Positions 55,295 to 64,000 of a stretch of 64,000 bases of DNA are shown one piece after another. Positions within the stretch are counted from its first letter, which is position 1. Every line of letters begins with the position of its first letter. This DNA comes from the human T2T-CHM13v2.0 reference genome, Homo sapiens. The notes below the pieces were generated by a model, which was not told the origin of the DNA, made no database searches, and was given only the letters and a program-made list of their open reading frames with translations. Where the stretch lies: assembly GCF_009914755.1 (NCBI RefSeq), contig NC_060938.1. One strand, 5' to 3'. A program made the position numbers and the translations under genes.

Positions 55295-56726
55295 CTATCA
55301 GAGCTTGAACAAAAACAGCTCCACCAAATTCAAAGTAGAAATTTGGAACAAGATTTGAACAAGAAAAAAAATACCACTTCCCATAACACAGTCTCCTCCT
55401 CTCCTAGCTTTAGCCCTTAACACAGAGTGTGGCACATCTAACATGGTCAGTAAAGAATTCCACCAACTCAAGAACGAAAAATAAACTCCCTATCATGGAT
55501 AAATGTCTTTCCCCATTATATATCTTTCTTTCCTCTTTATCTTCTCTTTCTTCATCCCTTTCTTCTCACATTTTTTCTTCATTTTCTGTATAATAGCAAG
55601 TCTCCTAGGCCAGGTGGCTGTGCTGGCCATTCCCAGTAGTTCTCAAAAACACAAACAGATCCTTCTGGAAAGTTCTGTCTTGAATTGGTCCCTGTTGCAG
55701 GACAGTACATTAGAAATGGTATTTCTAGAAGGCTTGGAGAAGTAGATGATAAGCCAGAGTTTCCTTCTTGGGATTCCTCTCCCGAGTCTGAACTGGAAAC
55801 CATTGACCTAGTTGTTAAACAATGGAGGCCCCCAACCCAGAACATTTTAATGGGATAACTTTTAGATTTTCTTGAGAAACATGAACTGAGAATAGAAAGA
55901 CTTCTACATTCTCTCACTGCCCTGGCCATTCCGGTCCCTATTTCAGGGTCTCAGTCCCTCAGGAGAGATATACGAGACCCCCAATGGGTGTCCAATCCTT
56001 GGATTTTCCTCTAAGACTTTATCCATGTGTTAAGAGTCCACAATGCACCTCCAAAGAAGCTCCTGTGTGACCACCATTCATCTTCTGAGGATATCAGCGA
56101 TCCTTTCATGCCATCCCATGCCAAGACTAACACTGCTCTGTGGTGATCCCCCATCCTATATCTGTAGGAAGCCATGCTGGGTCTGCCCGAGCCAGAGTTT
56201 TCAAAATCTATAATCCCTCCAGAACCTCCTTGCTTTCCTCAACATAGATTTTTGCCAAAGGAGATCAGATCCAATTGGAAGATCCCTCCCCCGCAGCAGA
56301 ATACTTTGTAATTGGATTAGTCTCAACAGCAACAGTAGTTCTGGCCTTGAATATGAGTTAATCAGCCAAGTCACAACACAAGAAAGCTGACTGCACCAGA
56401 AAACCCTGTACAATCCGTGAATTTCTTCATGGTTGAGACTCAGATGAATCATCATGTTGATCTGACTCATGCTTCTCCCTGCCTTAGGCCAAGAGACTGA
56501 GGCTTCACCTGGGATCTGCCTCTTTCCCACTCAAGAGTCAAATGAGCCCCCAAGGAGTAAGAAAAAAATGTGATTGATTCTGATTTGCACCCCAGTCTTT
56601 TTTTAATTTATCATAAAGAATCAAATATTTACATTAGAAGATATCTTGTGCTGTGAAAAAAAAGGAATAAACGAAGGGAGGAAGAAAAGAAGTGGGAGGG
56701 TGGGAGAGAAAGGAAACAATAGAATA

Positions 56727-57045
56727 AGGCAGGCGCGGTGGCTTACGCCTGTAATCCCAACACTTTGGGAGGCCAAGGCCAGAGGATCGCTTGAGCTCAG
56801 GAGGTCAAGACCAGCCTGGGCAACGTGGAAAGACCCCATCTCTCGAAAAAAATAAAAAATTAGCCAGGCACAGTAGCATACACCTGTCGTCCCAGCTATT
56901 CAGGAGGCTGACGTAGGAGAATCGCTTGAACCTAGGATGTGTGGCTGCAGTGAGCCATGTTCTCACCACTGCACTCCAACCTGGGTGACAGAACGTCACC
57001 TGTCTTAAAAAGAAAACAATAGGCTAGAAAAAAAAGAAAAGAAAG
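56727..57045 (+). mobile_element. AluJ-like element
   Basis: Diverged dimeric Alu (ggatcgcttgagctcagg). Confidence 0.88.
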
Positions 57046-57462
57046 CAGTAAGTGACATAAGACCAAGAGGAAAAAGGGAAACTTGAGCATCATCTGTCCT
57101 CCCAGTGGCCTACGGAGGGAAAAGAGTAGACACTTAGCTTCACAGTCCACAGCAAATCAGGCAGGGTCACTTCTGCAAACACTGGTAACCTACTAAAACC
57201 CAAGCACAGAATAAGACAGACACTGAGATTCAGAGATAAAGTCAAGATGGCTCCTACTGTTGCAGGGGAACTAGAATGACTCAGAATCCCAGACAGGTCA
57301 TGTTTGAAGAGGCCATTCATTCACTACCATTGAGGTGAAAGTTGCATCCCTTTCTCCCTTCTCTCCTTCTCTTATCCTGGAGCGCAAACATTGTGTGGAG
57401 TGCAAACATTGTGTGGAGCCCCTACATAGGCGCGGTGGCTTATGCGTTGGAGTTGAACTACT

Positions 57463-57890
57463 ATGAAGGTACTTGAGATCTGGTGATTCCCTTGGATAAA
57501 TTTCCTACAAGGAATCATTTCACAAAGTTTTATGGACAGCAAATGCCCATAATTTGGATGGTGGCTTTTGGAGCCGTGACATGATCTCAGCTATATGAAT
57601 AGAATTATAAGGACAAGATGCTGAGGGATTTACTCAAGAGCTCTGACTAGCTGACAGTAGAATCTTGGCAGATCTTCCAACACACACATCTAGTATGGCC
57701 CAATCTTCAGAATTATCTGTGCATTTGGGCAAGAATAGGCCCCATCGCCAGCACCCTGGCATTTGGGCAAGACTCGCACAAAAAAATGAGGGATGGCTTC
57801 AGGAGTAAGAACCTTTGAGACGGCCTGGGTTGTGGACTTAATAGTCTGGAGAGATATCAACAGGTATCAATTTAATGGTTCCATTCCTCA
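57463..57890 (+). pseudogene. Highly decayed EDDM3/FAM12-like (RNase-superfamily-related epididymal protein) pseudogene
   Basis: Ordered fragments: MKVLEIW (cf. MTSSLKIW), HDLS (HYLS), agaattataaggacaagatgc (REFKEYKC), GRSSNTHIY/VWPNLQNYLCI (GKSFHMFIYSLWFKIQRACI), ctggagagatatcaacaggtat (WEKYNNRY). Many stops and frameshifts; compared from memory. Confidence 0.55.
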
Positions 57891-58332
57891 GATATCTCTA
57901 GGGCAGAGTCCTCAGCCCAGGGCACACACAGAATCACGACTCTGAACGTGAGCATTCTCACTGGAGGGGTAGAGGTCACTGTGGTGACCCTTTTGAGCAC
58001 CCAGGAAAGATTCCCAGGTAAAAGGAGGACTGAGGAAAAGCTGGAAAAGAGGCAAGTGTCAGCCTAGGATGTGTCAGTGGGCCATGCATTCATCTACAGG
58101 AAGGGCGGTTCCGCCTGGAAGAGGCAGAGCGGCCCTTCTCCCCCTGTCCACCCATGTCTCCTCACCCCACCTCACCCCGAGATGAGGAGCCCTGAGAGAG
58201 CTGGCAGGCTGCAGTCGGTGAGGTCTGCAGATTTGGGGAAGAAGTCGAATAAGGTAGAGAACCACAGAAGGGAAGTCTAATTAGGGCGCTGGGGCCTGAG
58301 ATCATCAGGCCCTAGCCTGATGACCCAGGAGT

Positions 58333-58743
58333 CTAGCCCTCCAGATGAACTGGCTGGTTCCACACACAGGTCAAGTGGATGTGCTGGGAGAACATCCTAA
58401 ACCTGTAACGGAAATTAGGGGGCCAGGAGCCCACAGAAATCACACACTGGGTGAGCTCAAGTGTTCGGAGACTGAGGTAGCAGTTGTCCACTGTCAGGTC
58501 CCGAAAGTAGATATTGCCTTGCATATGCCATTTATCCTTCTGATGCTCTAGTGAATGAAGGTGTTGATGAGCTTGCAGACTCTGGAGACCATTCCCCTAT
58601 GCTATATTATCACGTCACAATAGTGGCTGGACCCACCTGAGATTCTGCACCTCAGGTAATCAGACGGCTACTGTCTAAGTCCTGGGCCTGGGGGAAACAC
58701 TCTGACGTAGCAGCAGACACAGGAGGGTCCCCGTCAGAACCAT
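58333..58743 (-). pseudogene. RNase A-superfamily pseudogene, angiogenin-like, with stops and frameshifts
   Basis: MVLTGTLLCLLL.../fs/DYLRCRISGGSSHYCDVII*HRGMVSRVCKLINTFIH*SIRRINGICKAIS/fs/DLTVDNCYLSLRTLELTQCVISVGSWPPNFRYRFRMFSQHIHLTCVWNQPVHLEG*. Intact CKxxNTF signature and PVHL; acceptor cttcacag|aaaacATG. Confidence 0.9.
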
Positions 58744-59094
58744 GTTTTCTGTGAAGTGGGGATCAGTCCTTTTCCCTGAAGTACCTAGCACATAGGTGTT
58801 CTCAGTAAGTGTTATGTTAGCTTACTAAGAAGACTGGTCTCATTTGAAGAGAAATTAACAAATGTAAAAAAATAAATAAACCTATTAACTAGGTTTAATA
58901 TTTATCAAACTATTAACTATTCAATAATCATTTAACTATTAATTTCTGTTTTCTTCAGTCGCTTAAATCTGATTTTTCTCTTCTTTCCGTTACTGCAGTC
59001 TCCCTTTTTCACACAGGGAAACAACCCAAGACTCAGAGTTCTCCGCGGAGGAATGCAAAGAACACAGGAAGTCAGTACTCCCAGAAACAGTCTT

Positions 59095-59396
59095 TGCTGG
59101 CGCGCTCACACCCAACTCCATCCCGCCCCCGTCCCGTCCCGCCCCGCCCCGCCCCACCCCACCCTCTTGATTTCTGGGGTCGGTGACCAGGCCCAACGCA
59201 GCCTTCAAGTCGGCCCAAACACGGTTTCTGCCTCAAGGATTATTTATATAACCATTGCTTATTGGCTGCTGGCAAACACTCGCTCTTCTCGTTGGCTGAA
59301 ACTGTCGGGAGAAGTTCTGCGAAGGCTGCTCCTTGCGGCGTTGGGACTGAGGGTCACAGGCACCTATATTTCCGTTTCCGGTTCGCCTCCGGAGCC
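59095..59396 (+). promoter_or_regulatory. METTL17: METTL17 CpG-island promoter and 5' UTR
   Basis: GC-box array at about 59122-59160, inverted CCAAT (ATTGG 59261-59265), tandem ETS/GABP-type TTCCG sites 59370-59381, YY1-like CCATGGCGGC over the ATG. Confidence 0.8.
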
Positions 59397-59471
59397 ATGG
59401 CGGCGGCACTGAAGTGTCTACTGACATTAGGAAGATGGTGCCCCGGCCTTGGAGTGGCTCCCCAGGCCCGG
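59397..59471 (+). CDS. METTL17: METTL17 coding exon 1 (mitochondrial targeting peptide)
   Basis: Kozak GCCATGG; [25 protein letters not shown]; donor GTGAGT. Confidence 0.95.
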
Positions 59472-59623
59472 GTGAGTGCCTACATTCCCTGCTGTCGGAG
59501 AGACTCTGGATCTGCAGAGACATCTCCGCGCAGAGGAGGAGCGCTCCTGGCAGCCCCCGCCCTAGCGATTGCCAGCAACTTTCCTTTCTGCCAGGAAATC
59601 AACCTACCTTTCTCTGCCTGCAG

Positions 59624-59777
59624 GCGCTCGCCGCCTTAGTACCCGGAGTGACCCAGGTAGATAACAAGTCCGGTTTCCTGCAGAAGAGGCCTCATCGCCA
59701 GCACCCTGGCATCCTAAAGCTGCCGCACGTGCGGCTGCCACAGGCACTGGCTAACGGTGCCCAGTTATTGCTACTTG
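59624..59777 (+). CDS. METTL17: METTL17 exon 2
   Basis: cag|[51 protein letters not shown]|gtgagt; phase 0 to 1. Confidence 0.95.
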
Positions 59778-59857
59778 GTGAGTAACGGCGGGAAAGCGAG
59801 AAGAAACGGGACTGGACCTACATGCAAGTGATTCCGCTTTTCGTCTTTGGCCCATAG

Positions 59858-59992
59858 GGAGCGCTGGGCCCACTATGGAGAATCAGGTGCAAACACTGAC
59901 CAGTTATCTCTGGAGCAGACATTTGCCTGTAGAGCCAGAGGAGTTGCAAAGACGGGCTAGGCATCTTGAGAAAAAATTCCTGGAAAACCCAG
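59858..59992 (+). CDS. METTL17: METTL17 exon 3
   Basis: tag|[45 protein letters not shown]|gtagga; 135 nt, frame consistent. Confidence 0.95.
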
Positions 59993-60200
59993 GTAGGACT
60001 TAAGAATAATTAAAAAGTGGGCGAGATTGAAATATCGGTTAGAAATGAAGAGTAAGAAATAATTCTACAATCTCTCAGATACTGAAGTCTCTTATTTGAC
60101 TTTCTAACCAGAGCAGCAGTTGTTACAATGATGCCTTACTAAAAGAAGGTAGATTATTTTAGAGATTGCTTAGGTAAAGGTCAGAATGTCCCAGTATACT

Positions 60201-61228
<1,028 letters not shown>

Positions 61229-61523
61229 TACCCTTTAAATTTTTATCACACTTTCCTTTAATATAAAACAAACCTGTGGGACAGGATTGGTTAAGCTGAA
61301 TAAACCATTCTTATAAATAAAACGCTATCTGATACAATCTGTTAGTGGTAGTTGTTACCGTTAATTCTTGCCTGAAACTTTTCTCTAGGTTTGTCGTCTC
61401 TCTTGAGCTTTAAGGCTTTTCTTAGGTGGAGTCGGGGAGGACTGGGTGGGCAGTATATTCAGATATTGGATCTGAGCCCTGTTCTCCCTAGGTCCTGACT
61501 TCCAGTCCTTGTTCTCACCACAG

Positions 61524-61605
61524 ACTTATCTCAGACAGAGGAGAAACTTCGTGGAGCAGTGCTACACGCACTACGTAAAACTACCTACCATTGGCAAGAA
61601 CTGAG
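61524..61605 (+). CDS. METTL17: METTL17 exon 4
   Basis: cag|[27 protein letters not shown]|gtaag; 82 nt. Confidence 0.94.
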
Positions 61606-61940
61606 GTAAGGGGGCCCAGAAGAGGTGCACAAGAAAGCAAAGGTAGACTTTAGAAAGAGAGTTGGGGGAGTACAATTACACAATCAATTTAGTATTTTCT
61701 TTTATATCACCTGACCTTAAAAGGATCAATTTAGTATTTGAAAAAGCTAAAGTACAAAGTTTTGAACACTGAAGTTTGAAAATTTAGTGTTTGTAAGTCT
61801 CCCCAGGACCCTTTTGTATTGGGGAGTGAAAGGCCTGAGCTGGAAGAGCCCTTTCCAAGATGTCATTTTCTAAATCTAGAAGGTAATTATGGGATTAAGG
61901 TTATTTACTAGTATGTACAACTCTGTGATTTTAATGGCAG

Positions 61941-62022
61941 CTACACTGAGGGACTGAGCCTGGTGTATATGGCAGCAAGACTGGATGGTGGCTTTGCAGC
62001 AGTCTCCAGAGCATTCCATGAG
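61941..62022 (+). CDS. METTL17: METTL17 exon 5
   Basis: cag|[28 protein letters not shown]|gtgaaa; 82 nt. Confidence 0.94.
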
Positions 62023-62517
62023 GTGAAAGTCCCTTAACTTCCAACCTGAACTTTTTGACCATCAGTTCCCTATTCATAAAGTAGTTTTCTAGGATGGGGA
62101 TTCTTGGGACATTGCATATGCATTTTTTTTTTAAAGAGGATCTCCGCTGGACATAGTGGGCTCCTGCCTGCAGTCCCAACTGTTTGGGAGGCTGAGGCAG
62201 GAGGATTGCTTGAGCCAGTTTGAGGCTGCAGTGAGCTGTGATCTCCACTGTACTCCAGCCTGGTGACAGAGTGAGACCTCATCTCTTAAAAAAAACACAA
62301 AATAAAGACGTTCTCTTTATCCTGTGAAAGCTTTCTGTGACCCAAGAAAGGTTTAGAATCACTATTTTAGGAGATTCTTATCCCATAAGGTATTTGTATT
62401 GAATCTCAAAAGGCATTCACATCTCACATCCTCTGTGATAGCCTCCTAATTCACATTTATCAAGGTCCTAAATAAGTATCTAATTACCCTACTGTGGGAT
62501 GTTGTATATTTCTTCAG

Positions 62518-62591
62518 ATCCGGGCTCGAAATCCAGCATTTCAGCCACAAACTTTGATGGACTTTGGCTCAGGTACTGGTTCTGTCACCTG
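62518..62591 (+). CDS. METTL17: METTL17 exon 6 (SAM-binding motif I)
   Basis: cag|[24 protein letters not shown]|gtgagt; DFGSGTG is the class I methyltransferase motif. Confidence 0.96.
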
Positions 62592-62876
62592 GTGAGTAAC
62601 TTTCTTCAGCCCTATCTTGGTCAATTTTAGCTCTAGAAAGCCATACTTACACCACTCCAAAATTAACAGACTGGAAAACCAGAGGGAGAATAGGCAAGTT
62701 GGGAATCTATAATGTTTCTTCCATCAGATTAGGCAAGGCAGAAGAAGGTATATGGATTGGGGCCAGAACTTAAAAGAAATGTCAAGTAAAAAAAGGCGCA
62801 TGTGTAGAAAAATTAAAAAGAAAAGGAATTATCAATCAAAGTTGTTTTTGCCTACAAATAGTATTTTGAGTCTACC

Positions 62877-63172
62877 TTTTTTTTTTCTTTTTTGAAACGG
62901 TGTCTCACTCTGTCGCCCAGGCTGGAGTGCAGTGGCACAATCTCGGCTCACTGCAGCCTCCTCTCCTGGGTTCAAGTGATTCTCCTGCCTCACCCTCCCG
63001 AGTAGCTGGGACTACAGGTGCACGCCACCACACCCAGCTAATTTTTGTATTTTTAGTAGAGACGGGGTTTCACCATATTGGCCAGGTTGGTCTCTAACTC
63101 CTGACCTTGTGATCCGCCCACCTTGGCCTCCCAAAGTGCTGGGATTACAAGCATGAGCCACTGTGCCCAGCT
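62877..63172 (-). mobile_element. Intronic AluS (monomeric Alu pieces also at 62145-62305 + and 63683-63820 -)
   Basis: Dimeric Alu; TSD tgagtctaccttttt. Confidence 0.92.
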
Positions 63173-63368
63173 GAGTCTACCTTTTTTTTTTTAGGAGTTG
63201 TAAATAAAACAAGAAAATAACACTATTAGTTATTTTATTACTAACTATACAACTACTTTAACATAACACTCTCTTTTCCCAGGGGTGGGGTTGGGTGTAA
63301 ATGGGCCTCTTGTAGAGATGACTCTTGGTCATGGGAATTGGTGATTTATAATAATTTTGCCATCTTAG

Positions 63369-63463
63369 GGCTGCTCACAGTATTTGGGGCCAGAGCCTAC
63401 GTGAATATATGTGTGTGGACAGATCAGCTGCCATGTTGGTTTTGGCAGAAAAACTACTGAAAG
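63369..63463 (+). CDS. METTL17: METTL17 exon 7
   Basis: tag|[32 protein letters not shown]|gtgagt; 95 nt. Confidence 0.94.
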
Positions 63464-63942
63464 GTGAGTGCAAGAGCACTTCCAAAGTTGAGGGAGTTAA
63501 GAAAGCAAAGGGGTACTAGTAAAAGTGTTTTACTGGGAAGTAGAGAAGAGGGTAAAAATTAAGATGAATCTGGTTTACTTTTAAAGTTATAGTCAAGCAA
63601 AGGGTGGTATTAGAGGTTTCTGCTGGACTGAGGATGGGTTGGGTAAGAATCAAAGGACAGGAGGCCTAATATTCTCCCTGCCCTTTTTTTTTTTTTTTTA
63701 ATTAGAGGTAGGGTCTCCATATGTTACCCAGGCTGGTCTCAAACTCCTGGCCTCAAGCCATCCTCCCACTTCAGCCTCTAGGGTAGCTGGGATTACAGGC
63801 ACGCACCGCCATACCTGGCTCATCCCTGCCCTTTTTGATATACACTTTACCTATTCTTGGGGCCATGTTTCTTATCTGGATATCTCTTCAGTTTATACCT
63901 AACTTCCTACACACTCACAGTTGCCTCTTCTTTTCTCCACAG

Positions 63943-64000
63943 GTGGTTCAGAATCTGGGGAGCCTTATATTCCAGGTGTCTTTTTCAGACAGTTTCTACC
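63943..64000 (+). CDS. METTL17: METTL17 exon 8 (cut by window end)
   Basis: ctccacag|GGSESGEPYIPGVFFRQFL... Confidence 0.93.
   Translation, partial: MVQNLGSLIFQVSFSDSFY

Noticed and set aside
55980-56530. Minus-strand ORF with a signal-peptide-like LLLLLRLIQLQSILL and RRFW, as a possible further RNase relic
   Set aside because: No Cys pattern, CKxxNTF or PVH motif recoverable in any frame by eye; would need an HMM hit.

Overview
Human (primate) genomic DNA that I recognise as the RNase A gene cluster on 14q11.2. It has two intact genes: RNASE2/EDN (+, non-coding exon 1, intron 24922-25151, CDS 25157-25642) and the first eight coding exons of METTL17 (+, ATG 59397, running off the window end). 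The rest is a repeat-rich record of duplications. It holds two disabled minus-strand RNase A-family genes that are not eosinophil-type (4353-4781 and 58333-58743), a very decayed EDDM3/FAM12-like pseudogene (~57463-57890), and a semi-processed CCDC107 retrocopy with a 17-bp target-site duplication (TSD; 52407-54476). It also holds a 7SL retrocopy, a recent ~2.3 kb duplication (1079-3337 vs 27181-29419), two old paralogues of the RNASE2 upstream region that lack the gene itself (36.5-39.0 kb, 41.5-54.8 kb), and many Alu/L1/L2/LTR elements. I found no new intact coding system. The best leads are the relic RNases (one resembles avian RNases as I recall them), the intron-retaining retrocopy, a de novo hairpin absent from its paralogue, and a short insertion apparently templated from METTL17 exon 2. 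All alignments were made by eye, and protein and repeat-subfamily identities are from memory, not from searches.
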